The notes beneath the pieces are model-generated. The model searched no databases and had not been told where the DNA came from. It was given only the letters and a program-made list of their open reading frames with translations. From Candidatus Aenigmatarchaeota archaeon (GTDB lineage: Archaea; Aenigmatarchaeota; Aenigmatarchaeia; PWEA01; JACQIF01), in the NCBI GenBank assembly GCA_016432325.1, contig CP066684.1, positions 472,298-536,297 of the forward strand: a stretch of DNA of 64,000 bases. The letters are read 5' to 3'. Shown one piece after another: positions 55,787 through 64,000 of this stretch. Made by a program: the position numbers and the translations under genes. Within the stretch, counting starts at the first letter, position 1, and each line of letters opens with the position of its first letter.

Positions 55787-56949
55787 GCTTTCATCTCCTG
55801 CAATCTTTTTATCCTTATCGTGGACTCCATCGCCTGTGCGCGGGCAACCACGTCTTCAAGGGGCGCGTCTTGGTTACCGAGAACGGTCAAGTGGCCCAGT
55901 TTTCTCTTGGGCGACGTGGTCTTCTTTCCATAGGTGTGCATGTGGACGCCACGGAAGAATCCAGCTTCCTTCATGTCCACTTCGTATAGTCCTGAATATC
56001 CCTGCGGGCCCAGTATGTTTACCATCACGGCCGGCCGCAGAAGTTCGGTGCTTCCGAGAGGCATCCCTGTTATTGCGCGCAGGTGCTGTTCAAACTGCGA
56101 CGTCGGGCAGGCCTCTATCGTGTAGTGTCCCGAGTTGTGCACGCGCGGAGCTATCTCGTTTATCATCACTTCGCCGGCCCTGACGAACATCTCTATACCG
56201 AACACTCCGGCGCCTCGCAGCTCCTTCAGGGTTTTCGCGGCCAGCGCTTCCGCTTTTTGCGCGGTGGCCTTGTCCATCCTCGCCGGCACGATGGTGGTGC
56301 GAAGTATGTTGTCCTCGTGTATGTTCTCCCCGACAGGGTACGTGCGTATCTCTCCGTTCGTGCCGCGGGCCGCGATGACAGAGACTTCCTTGTCGAATTC
56401 GATGTACTGTTCGACCATCAGCCGGCGGCCGTTGAAGTGGGCCAGAGCCGTGTCTATCTCCCTGCTGTCCTTGATCAGATAGTTTCCCCGACCGTCGTAT
56501 GAATCTGTTCGTGCCTTGAGCATCAGTGGGTATCCGAACCATTCGGCCGCGCGCACAATGCTTTCCGAACTTGCAACTTCCCTAAAGTCGGGAACAGGAA
56601 GGCCGCGGCTTTGAAGGAAAGATTTCTGCCTGAACTTGTCCTGTACTATTTGAAGGGTGTGGGAACTCGGATGAACTTTCTTGCCCATATTCTCCAGCTC
56701 GTGCAGCGTCTCGTAGCCGGCCAGCTCTATCTCGTAAGTCATCACATCAGACTGCTCGGCCAGCTCTCGAATCGCCTTGGAATCCTTGAAATCAGCGACT
56801 ATCTGTTTCTTCGCGAACGGCGCGGCAGGGCATCCTTCCGTCGGGTCGAGAGTCACGAGTTCAAAAGGAAGTTTCTTGCGCACGATCTCCTCGCCCATCA
56901 TCCTGCAGAGCTGTCCGCCGCCGATGACGCCGACTGTGATGGGATGCAT
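55783..56949 (-). CDS. purK: N5-carboxyaminoimidazole ribonucleotide synthase
   Basis: GVIGGGQL, YDGRG, NEIAPRVHNSGH, SQFEQHLRA, RKLGH; ATG at 56949. Confidence 0.95.
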   Translation of the reverse strand: MHPITVGVIGGGQLCRMMGEEIVRKKLPFELVTLDPTEGCPAAPFAKKQIVADFKDSKAIRELAEQSDVMTYEIELAGYETLHELENMGKKVHPSSHTLQIVQDKFRQKSFLQSRGLPVPDFREVASSESIVRAAEWFGYPLMLKARTDSYDGRGNYLIKDSREIDTALAHFNGRRLMVEQYIEFDKEVSVIAARGTNGEIRTYPVGENIHEDNILRTTIVPARMDKATAQKAEALAAKTLKELRGAGVFGIEMFVRAGEVMINEIAPRVHNSGHYTIEACPTSQFEQHLRAITGMPLGSTELLRPAVMVNILGPQGYSGLYEVDMKEAGFFRGVHMHTYGKKTTSPKRKLGHLTVLGNQDAPLEDVVARAQAMESTIRIKRLQEMKA

Positions 56950-56986
56950 GCTCACAGAACGCAGAAAAAAGATATATAGAAGGAAA

Positions 56987-57298
56987 TGGTAGCCCCGGGA
57001 GGATTTTCTGTTGCGCGCATCCGTTGCCGGAAGGCGTAATTCCATGAACGCTTTCGAGCGTTTACATATTGTCTTTGGCTCGAAAGGGTTCTTCGAACCT
57101 CCGTCCACTGGTCTCTCCTCGCGTATGAAATGAACGCAATCAGAGCCAGTTATCCTTTTGTGTAACCGTTGCGGAAGCGGGCTTCCGTAAACGCTTTTGC
57201 GCGGTGCACGAAACGGCTATGCCGTTTCGGCATGCCGGAAACACGCCGTGTTTCCGTGCAACGTGCGCAGAAGGGTTTGGCCACTAGACTACGGGGCT
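56987..57298 (-). tRNA. tRNA-Gln(CUG) with three introns
   Basis: Exons give AGCCCCG/CGGGGCT acceptor + ACCA, ACTGG-CTCTGAA-CCAGT anticodon arm, GGAGG-TTCGAAT-CCTCC T arm; introns ~57156-57276 (D loop), 57113-57139 (37/38), 57004-57091 (T loop). Confidence 0.9.
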
Positions 57299-57359
57299 AT
57301 CCGAATCCTTTGTCCTGCAACAAGTACTTAAAGAGAATTCTTTCGACGCGCTTCCGGCC

Positions 57360-57557
57360 TCAATAAGGATAGGGCTGACTTGGAGGGGCTTGCTCTTTCT
57401 GATCAGGTGAAGTTGGTTGTGATGGCGTCTGGCCATCCGGAGGTTGGATCTGCGGTTCGCGCGGCCCGGCTTCGGCGGCTTGCTGGCCAACGCATCCTGA
57501 AGCGAGCAGTATCAGAAGCAAAACTATCGCGGAAAGGGTTTTTGCGTGCCGTCTCAA
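57360..57557 (-). CDS. Small lipoprotein-like protein
   Basis: Signal peptide with lipobox LASGC, then a Pro/Gln-rich tail. Confidence 0.6.
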   Translation of the reverse strand: MRRHAKTLSAIVLLLILLASGCVGQQAAEAGPREPQIQPPDGQTPSQPTSPDQKEQAPPSQPYPY

Positions 57558-57567
57558 TCAACCCGCC

Positions 57568-57759
57568 TCATCCCTTGTACCAAAGATAGGAGGCGCCTAT
57601 CAGCAGCAGAACGCCCGCCGCCGCGTGCACAATATGATAGGCGCCCAAACCGATCGACTCGTGGTTCAGAGGAAACGGAGGGGTGTGATCCAGGGCGAGA
57701 TAGAGGCCTGCGACTACAAGTACAACGAAAACCGCGAGCTTCCCTCCTTCAAGTCTCAT
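57568..57759 (-). CDS. Small two-TM membrane protein
   Basis: Two hydrophobic helices with a His-containing loop. Confidence 0.55.
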   Translation of the reverse strand: MRLEGGKLAVFVVLVVAGLYLALDHTPPFPLNHESIGLGAYHIVHAAAGVLLLIGASYLWYKG

Positions 57760-57876
57760 GCAAATCCATTGCCGCCCCACGATAAAAGGGTTTCTTATTT
57801 CCGTTAGCGCGCTTCGCTAACGTGAGCCGATGTTTCTTTTATCCGCGCCCGCGAAGTAGACGACGGGGTGAGCGTT

Positions 57877-58107
57877 ATGTCATACAAGAACGTAGAAGAG
57901 TTGCCATTGAGCATAAAGAAAGACCTCCCGGAAGACGCGCAGCAGATGTTTGTAGAGGTCTTCAACAGCGCCGAAGAAGCGTCTGGAAAGGGGAAGCACG
58001 GGAAGCCGAACTCGTCAGACGACGCGCAGAAAGCCGCGTGGGAGGCCGTGAAGAAGAGCTACAGAAGGGAGGGGGATTCGTGGGTGAAAAAAGAAGACGA
58101 CGATTAG
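57877..58107 (+). CDS. chaB: ChaB-family protein
   Basis: Y....ELP..IK..LPEDAQ.MF...FNSA...AWEAVKKSY...W. Confidence 0.9.
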   Translation: MSYKNVEELPLSIKKDLPEDAQQMFVEVFNSAEEASGKGKHGKPNSSDDAQKAAWEAVKKSYRREGDSWVKKEDDD

Positions 58108-58173
58108 TTTCAGTACGGGCGCGTGAGGAAATTTTGGAAGCGGCGTTGCGCGAACCGTCCTTTTTAAGCGGAC

Positions 58174-59403
58174 TTACCGGCGGCTGTTCCTGCAGGCGCT
58201 GCGTCCAGCATGGCGGGCTTGGCCATTGGTGGGTCTCGACAACTCGACCAGAAGCTCGTTGTGCTTCCTGAGTATCTCGTCGTTCGCGGCATGCAGGGTG
58301 GACGTGAACTCCTCTATCTCCCCGAGGGCGCTGGTATCGTTGACAAACTCGTCGACTCTGCGGACTTTCCTTAGGCTTGCCAACGTATTGATGCCGAAGG
58401 ATTTCAGGTCCGTAATGGACGCCAGATATCCAGCGTATCTCGTGTCGAAAGGAGACCCATCCTGAGGAAGCTCGCTTCTCTGTATTCGGGGTAGCCCTGC
58501 GTCGATGTTGTACATGTTCTTCAGCAGGCCGCCTGTCAGGAAACCGCTTATCGGATGCGCACGGGCTCGCGGGGCATCCATGCCGTCTGCATAGTAGTCG
58601 TAGGGTGACGTATCCCAGACGGACGTGAGAAGCTTCTTTTGACCCAGCTCGCCTGTCATGTAACCAAAGCCCAAATTGGCTTCCAGATTGGGCCCCTTGC
58701 GAGAGTGCGCCGTCAGGACCTTCGGAACCCAGTCCGAACGGCGCTCCGTCACCCTGTCGCCGAAAACGTTAAGTGTCTGCTTCCCCCATGGCTTGATGGG
58801 AAACTCCGGATCGAATCCCAGCACCTGCTCCGGCGGTCTCTTGGCCTTTTTGACCATTCCGTGCGCTCGCATGGAAAGCGCGGCTGTGAAAATGGGCATA
58901 TACGCATCCAACGCAAAACGATACGTCGCTATCTTGTCCACCGAGTCGCACGGCGTCACGACCATCAACGGGGCTTCGCCGAAATGCCTCTGCCGCAGGG
59001 ATTCGTGCTCGTTGTCAGCATGAAGCGGGTGCGCGGACTCTATCGGCGGCAGGTCGAACGGACGGTAGCCCTCGCGCTCTGACCTGCCGTTGAATTGGTG
59101 GAAGAACTTCTTGTAAAAGTGCCAGCGGGCATTGTATATGGACTCCAATATCCCTCCTCCGGGAATCAGGGTTATTTCGTCGCCATATTTTTTCCTCACG
59201 TAAGAGGAGACGGCCTTTTCGTGCCTGTTGCCCACCGAGACTGCGATGTCTGATATGCCTGCCGCCCGAAGGCACCTGATTTTGACGTCAAGTACCTTTT
59301 CCCCATCCACCTCGGCCAGACCTTTCGGAACCCTGCCGCCGGCGAAACGCCTGTTGTTCCCGGCCGTAAGAATGACCGCCTTGGCCTCTTTCCTTGCGTT
59401 CAT
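58174..59403 (-). CDS. Protein with N-terminal sugar-phosphate nucleotidyltransferase-like domain
   Basis: AVILTAGNNRRF...PKGLAEVDG..VLD...AGI; remainder not recognised. Confidence 0.6.
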   Translation of the reverse strand: MNARKEAKAVILTAGNNRRFAGGRVPKGLAEVDGEKVLDVKIRCLRAAGISDIAVSVGNRHEKAVSSYVRKKYGDEITLIPGGGILESIYNARWHFYKKFFHQFNGRSEREGYRPFDLPPIESAHPLHADNEHESLRQRHFGEAPLMVVTPCDSVDKIATYRFALDAYMPIFTAALSMRAHGMVKKAKRPPEQVLGFDPEFPIKPWGKQTLNVFGDRVTERRSDWVPKVLTAHSRKGPNLEANLGFGYMTGELGQKKLLTSVWDTSPYDYYADGMDAPRARAHPISGFLTGGLLKNMYNIDAGLPRIQRSELPQDGSPFDTRYAGYLASITDLKSFGINTLASLRKVRRVDEFVNDTSALGEIEEFTSTLHAANDEILRKHNELLVELSRPTNGQARHAGRSACRNSRR

Positions 59404-59427
59404 GGCATTATTGGGTTGCTTAACGTC

Positions 59428-60228
59428 TTAAGGACCTCTGTGACCGCCAGACGGGTTGTCTTGCTGGGGGTCCAGCAATACAAGAACTTCCCCTATCATG
59501 TCGCCTCTCTCTGTGAGAGAGACCTCGAATAGCCTGTTGCTCACTTTTCGCGTCTTGACGAAGCCGCTGTCGCGCAGGCGCGTGAAGGTCTTCGACAGTT
59601 TGACTATGCCAGAGCTGTTCTTTTTTATGTTCGTGCCCAGCGCCTTCAGGCCTATCTCCTGAGCCATCGCCGCCAGGCGTCCGCGGACGACCCCCCCCCT
59701 CTTTCTCATGTAGACAAGGACGTCGCTGCCGGGTCTCGGAGGAAGGTCGAGACCTATCGGCAAGTCTATCTGCCGTGTGCCTACGGCGCCTGTGGGGGAG
59801 AAGAATTCGTATGCCCCGTGCTTGTCCGCTCCCCACCTCGTGGGCTCCACCCAAAAGACCTTTGATCCGGTGAGGTTGGCGGCCAGCAACGTCGCTATCG
59901 AGAGCGGTATGCTGCAACCGTGGATGTTTATTATCACTTCCTTTCCCTGCCTTCTCTCCGTCATCATCAGCTCGACCAGCTTGGGGAACGAGTCGTGAAA
60001 GTCAAAGAACGACATCTTCACGTGGCTTGTGGTCTGCGCGACCCAGCCGAGCATCTCTTTCTTCAGCGTCTTGACCATCTGTTCCACGGTCTTTCTCTTG
60101 CGATCGTCGTCCTCCTTCGCGGAGATGAAATAGACCTTGTGCGGGATGTAGCGCCTCAGCAGGTACTTGAGCCTCGGCATCTGGAGCGACGACCCTAAGA
60201 ATATTATCTGCACAGTTTCCGCTTTCAT
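59428..60228 (-). CDS. Putative transcriptional regulator, CARF-like plus wHTH (paralog of 23310-24104)
   Basis: VQIIF...LLRRYIPHKVYF, INIHG, KVFWVEP, VKLSK, SLTERG shared with the paralog. Confidence 0.75.
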   Translation of the reverse strand: MKAETVQIIFLGSSLQMPRLKYLLRRYIPHKVYFISAKEDDDRKRKTVEQMVKTLKKEMLGWVAQTTSHVKMSFFDFHDSFPKLVELMMTERRQGKEVIINIHGCSIPLSIATLLAANLTGSKVFWVEPTRWGADKHGAYEFFSPTGAVGTRQIDLPIGLDLPPRPGSDVLVYMRKRGGVVRGRLAAMAQEIGLKALGTNIKKNSSGIVKLSKTFTRLRDSGFVKTRKVSNRLFEVSLTERGDMIGEVLVLLDPQQDNPSGGHRGP

Positions 60229-60276
60229 CCAGTATCCCCGCGGACTCCTCTAGCCACTCTTTCAATAAAGGCTTGC

Positions 60277-60295
60277 ATTAGTATTTTGCGTTAAT
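60277..60295. promoter_or_regulatory. Putative operator ATTAAC-N7-ACTAAT (minus strand)
   Basis: attagtattttgcgttaat; matches the motif at 23282-23300. Confidence 0.55.
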
Positions 60296-60400
60296 GCGCT
60301 CTTATAGGCTAATGTTATCGTCAGAGCCGCCCCGTTACTCGCAGCCTCTTTAATGGGCCCGCGGGGAACTAAGCTGACCGGTCATAAGGGGGTGATTTTT

Positions 60401-60562
60401 ATGGCTGAACTCGCTGTAGCCAGGATCGCGGAGCACGGCGGAATAGACGAAGAGACTGCGCAACAACTGTTCGACATGTGGACAGAGGAGAATGCAGGCG
60501 GACGGCGCCACTGCTGGCCTGTCGTGGACGAGAGGCACCTGAAAGGTGAGCCCGGTGTCTAA
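60401..60562 (+). CDS. Hypothetical small protein
   Basis: ATG after strong GGGGGTGA RBS. Confidence 0.5.
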   Translation: MAELAVARIAEHGGIDEETAQQLFDMWTEENAGGRRHCWPVVDERHLKGEPGV

Positions 60563-60827
60563 GAGCGGCTGCCTTGGCATAGGCGCCTCTTTCGGCGTCG
60601 TTTCCCTTGCGTTTGCCACGCGGGAGACCCGGTTCCCTGCGAGCAGGGAGTCCCTGCTCGAACACCTGAAGAATCGCAAGATTCTCTGGACGCGAAAGAG
60701 GATAGTGGATATCCACCGCGTATTGCTCGAGACCGACGTGGACAACGTCGAAAGCTTCGCGGACCTGCTCTCTATAGTAGCGAACTACGAGGATCCAAGG
60801 ATCAGGAAACTGAACGAATTCGGATGA
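60546..60827 (+). CDS. Hypothetical protein
   Basis: FPASRESLL motif; operon-like spacing; start uncertain. Confidence 0.5.
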   Translation: MSPVSKSGCLGIGASFGVVSLAFATRETRFPASRESLLEHLKNRKILWTRKRIVDIHRVLLETDVDNVESFADLLSIVANYEDPRIRKLNEFG

Positions 60828-60845
60828 CTCTCGCGTGGTGATTCA

Positions 60846-61475
60846 ATGGGCTACTCAGACTCTCTCGCCAAGTGGTTTTTCGAACACGGAGCAGTTTCTG
60901 TCGCGTGCGAGGAGGAGCTTCTCTGGTACGCGGACCACCCTCCTGTGAGGCTGGATGTCCAGAGACTCCTTTCCGACGGATCCGGCGCCAAGATAGTCGT
61001 GGATGGCATGGCGCATATCGTACGCGAACGGAAGATGAAATACGAACGCATACTGGGAGCGAAGCAGGAAGACGACTCTCTTGCGCTGCGTATCGCAGAC
61101 AAGTTGAAATGCGGACACTCCCGCAGATTCGCGTCCGACACGAACGTCCTTATAGTTTCCGGGTGTCTCGGCGATTGCACTACCGAAACAAGAAAGATTC
61201 GGACTCTCAGGGACCTGGGAGCCAACATAGATAATCTCCTGTCGGTGTTCGATTACCAGCTGCCTGAGGCAAGAGAACGGCTTGACGGGAGAATGCCGCC
61301 GCACAGAAACGAGAGATCCCTGAACTATCCGTGCATGCCGTTTGCATTGCTGACGTTTAACCAGCTGGCCGCATACGCCGAGAAACGCGGGCTGTGGCCG
61401 GCAGACACGCTGTCGGGCCTGAGAAGCGTCCACGAAGAAAAGATAGCAGAGTCTATCCTGACAAAACGAGCATGA
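60846..61475 (+). CDS. Degenerate orotate phosphoribosyltransferase-like protein
   Basis: PyrE-like layout (LA..FFEHGAV, PV.LD.QRLLS, LRDLGA...SVFDY, LLTFNQL) but the PRPP motif reads VLIVSGCLGD. Confidence 0.6.
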   Translation: MGYSDSLAKWFFEHGAVSVACEEELLWYADHPPVRLDVQRLLSDGSGAKIVVDGMAHIVRERKMKYERILGAKQEDDSLALRIADKLKCGHSRRFASDTNVLIVSGCLGDCTTETRKIRTLRDLGANIDNLLSVFDYQLPEARERLDGRMPPHRNERSLNYPCMPFALLTFNQLAAYAEKRGLWPADTLSGLRSVHEEKIAESILTKRA

Positions 61476-61493
61476 CTCAACGCCGACTGCACA

Positions 61494-62696
61494 TCAGGAG
61501 AACAGGGTTATCTCGTCTTCTGTCAACCCTGCATTGGACAGCTGCGCCGCGAACTCGGGGTCGTTCCTGACCATCACGGAAAGGAGCGGCGCCACATCGC
61601 GCACGATCTTCCTCGAGGACGCGTGCACCTGCGGCGTCAGCTTCTCGCAGGCCGAACGCATCGCGTTGCGCCTGGCCCGCGTGCGCGCGTAGGCGATGAG
61701 CCTCTGCGGCGGTGCGTAGCGCGTGAACTTCTCGTACGCGCCGCGCTTCGCGAGCGCGACTCCGCCGCACATCACGTCCCGCATGTATTTCATGAATCTC
61801 CAGTTTTGGTACTTGCGCACGCGCGAGTGCATCACGTCCGCGGCGGCCAGCGCCTCGAACGCCTTTGCGATTTCCTGCGGATCCCCGTATTCGTTCGTGA
61901 TATTCTGCTCGAGCCACCAGAACATTTCCTCGGTGTCCTTGTCTATGCGTTCTATCGCGTCGACGGCCGTCGTGAGCGTGCGCGTCTTGAATATTATGCG
62001 CATCGCCTCGAAGACGTTCTGCTCCTGCTCCCTGTAACCGAGCGCGTCGGCGTGTCCCTTTTCTATCTTCTTCCTGCCGATTGAAAGGGTCTCCATGTCG
62101 GTCAAAGCCGCGCGGAAATCCCCGCCGGAGGTGCGCGCGACGTGTTTGAGCGCGTCGTCGTCGCATTCTATTCCTTCTATCTTGCATATCGTGCGCAGGC
62201 GCGCGACCATGCTGTTTAGATGGACCTTCCCGAATGGAATCATCGCGACGTGGCTTCGCAGCGTCTTGAGCTTCTCGTCGTAGGGATCGTTGGCAGTGAG
62301 CGCGACGGGGAAACGGGATTCCCCGAGAATCTTTATCAGCGCGCCGACTCCTCCGCGGTCTTCCTTGCCGGAAAGGCCGTCTACTTCGTCCACAAGAATT
62401 ATCTTGCCTCTGCGAAAAATACTCTGCTGCCTTGACGCACCTCCCAGAAGCGCTTGCATGGCCTCGGCATTGCGGGTATCCGACGCGTTTATTTCTATTA
62501 TGTCAAGGCTTCGCTCCCTGGCCAGCGCGTGCACAAGCGAGGTCTTTCCTGTTCCGGGACCGCCGTGAAGAAGCGCGGCCTGCGAACCCGGCTGCCAAGA
62601 GTCATACCAGTACAGGAACGCGTCCATGGCCTTCGACTGTCCTATCATTTCGTTCAGTTTCTTTGGAGAATACCTGTCAACCCATCTGTTCGTAAT
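61494..62696 (-). CDS. rfcL: Replication factor C large subunit (ATT start)
   Basis: WVDRYSPKKL lies upstream of the ORF-track Met; GPGTGKT, EINASDTR, VDEVDG, ANDPY. Confidence 0.92.
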   Translation of the reverse strand: MTNRWVDRYSPKKLNEMIGQSKAMDAFLYWYDSWQPGSQAALLHGGPGTGKTSLVHALARERSLDIIEINASDTRNAEAMQALLGGASRQQSIFRRGKIILVDEVDGLSGKEDRGGVGALIKILGESRFPVALTANDPYDEKLKTLRSHVAMIPFGKVHLNSMVARLRTICKIEGIECDDDALKHVARTSGGDFRAALTDMETLSIGRKKIEKGHADALGYREQEQNVFEAMRIIFKTRTLTTAVDAIERIDKDTEEMFWWLEQNITNEYGDPQEIAKAFEALAAADVMHSRVRKYQNWRFMKYMRDVMCGGVALAKRGAYEKFTRYAPPQRLIAYARTRARRNAMRSACEKLTPQVHASSRKIVRDVAPLLSVMVRNDPEFAAQLSNAGLTEDEITLFS

Positions 62697-63196
62697 GAAC
62701 CGCCTCCGTCAGAATCCACTTTCCTTACAACAAGCGGCGGCATCGCCAGCACCGCCATCAATATTCCGTGTGCGTCTATCCCCTTATCCGTTAGGACGTA
62801 TGAATACAACAACTTTTCACGACCTTCCACGCGGAACCTGTCCGTATAGCCTGTCTCGGAAAGCGTTCCCAGCGCGTGTCTCACGACACCTCTGACAGCC
62901 GTGTCCTTGCGCGTGTCTACTACCACCTCGTTCATAGGAAGGTATGTATGCTCGAGGCCGTCGCAACTCCTTATTTCGTCGTACCCATCCACTAGAGCGC
63001 TGGTTAGACGGCGAACATTTATCGGGCTGCGCGGTTTCATGCTCCTAACGGTGGCAATATAACAGTTACTCCTTTCCGAAATAGAAAGAGGGGCCGGCTC
63101 AGGACGGCATATGATTCCTTCAAATTCCTGAAGACACGTGTCTCTCGAGCGCCTGATAGCCGCAAACTCGCCCGGCTGCATCTTCTTTGTCATCAC
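62654..63196 (-). CDS. Hypothetical protein between rfcS and rfcL
   Basis: Start overlaps the rfcS stop; 3' end overlaps the rfcL start. Confidence 0.5.
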   Translation of the reverse strand: MMTKKMQPGEFAAIRRSRDTCLQEFEGIICRPEPAPLSISERSNCYIATVRSMKPRSPINVRRLTSALVDGYDEIRSCDGLEHTYLPMNEVVVDTRKDTAVRGVVRHALGTLSETGYTDRFRVEGREKLLYSYVLTDKGIDAHGILMAVLAMPPLVVRKVDSDGGGSLRTDGLTGILQRN

Positions 63197-64000
63197 AGCA
63201 CCCCGAGCTTCGCAAGATACGCCTCCAGCTGTATCATCTGGTCGCCGCCTGAATCGATGCGGAACTCGCAGTCTCCGAGCGCCTCAATCATCCTCAATTT
63301 CTTCGCCTCTTCCACCGTCAGACCGTATATCGTGCGATGTATCTCTTTCACGACATCCTCGCCGGATATTCCTTGGTTCACGAGAATGTCGTACAGCTTC
63401 TTGCGCGCGTCCTGGAAGTTCCTTTCCACGGCAAACATAACCATCTCCTTCACGTCCTCGGGACGCGCCTGCGCAGCGACTGCGTATACGCTCTCATCGG
63501 TAACTTCTTTTCCATGCACCGCGCACGCCTGCAGCAGATTTATCGAGCGCCGCATGTCTCCCTCGGTGATGTGCATTATCGCGTCCAGTCCTTCCGTCGA
63601 GATGCGAACGCCCTCTGTTTTGGATATGTGTTCTAGCATCTCCTTTGCTTCGCCTGCTTTCAGGCGCGAGAAGCGGAACACGGCGCATCTCGACTGTATC
63701 GGATCTATGATTCGCGAAGAGTAGTTGGCGCTCAGAATGAAGCGCGTGGTGTTGGTGTAGTTCTCCATCGTCCTGCGCAAAGCCTGCTGCGCTTCAGGCG
63801 TCAGCGCGTCGGCCTCGTCCAGAAGTATTATCTTGAAGGGGGCATTTCCTATAGTGCGCGTCCGCGCGAAGTCCTTGACCTGATTGCGTATGACGTCGAT
63901 GCCTCTCGCATCAGACGCGTTCAGTTCCAGATAGCTGGCCTTCCACCCGTCGCCGTAAAGTTCGTGCGCTATGCAGAGGGCGGCCGTTGTTTTTCCCGTG
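63193..64000 (-). CDS. rfcS: Replication factor C small subunit (5' end beyond window)
   Basis: GKTT, ELNASDARGID, LDEADALT..AQQALRRTME, PIQSRC. Confidence 0.96.
   Translation of the reverse strand, partial: TGKTTAALCIAHELYGDGWKASYLELNASDARGIDVIRNQVKDFARTRTIGNAPFKIILLDEADALTPEAQQALRRTMENYTNTTRFILSANYSSRIIDPIQSRCAVFRFSRLKAGEAKEMLEHISKTEGVRISTEGLDAIMHITEGDMRRSINLLQACAVHGKEVTDESVYAVAAQARPEDVKEMVMFAVERNFQDARKKLYDILVNQGISGEDVVKEIHRTIYGLTVEEAKKLRMIEALGDCEFRIDSGGDQMIQLEAYLAKLGVL

Noticed and set aside
56950-57108. 53-aa N-terminal extension of PurK in the ORF track
   Set aside because: Overlaps tRNA-Gln; PurK homology begins at Met 56949

Overview
Archaeal chromosomal window of fairly high GC. Gene content and style suggest a DPANN lineage; this is inference, no phylogeny was run. 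Left part: a 2001-aa glycosylation-rich surface protein, three single-domain KaiC-family ATPases and a type IV pilus locus (seven class III signal peptide proteins, assembly ATPase, two TadC-like platform proteins). Housekeeping genes include fni, Sec61beta, argS, two trans-prenyltransferases, rnhB, rps8e, LSm-rpl37e-EF1beta, grx/trxB, sufBDSUC, ThiF/MoeB, a CBS-HPF protein, minD, leuS, FKBP PPIase, ftsZ-secE-spt5, purK-purE and rfcS/rfcL, interleaved with many orphan ORFs. Main results not in the ORF track: (1) two tRNA genes, Arg-UCU and Gln-CUG, each ~312 nt and split by three introns (D-loop, anticodon loop, T-loop); (2) a twin-hairpin module shared by introns of both tRNAs and also inserted in frame in argS, plus several direct-repeat/hairpin micro-insertions; (3) a lower-GC island beside tRNA-Arg with two SagB-type flavoproteins (one with an RRE-like N-terminus, one degenerate) divergent from a 22-aa ORF across a palindromic TATA box, a candidate YcaO-independent archaeal RiPP system; (4) a shared 19-bp operator upstream of two paralogous CARF-like/wHTH regulators; (5) two probable ATT-initiated genes. 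All coordinates were read by eye.
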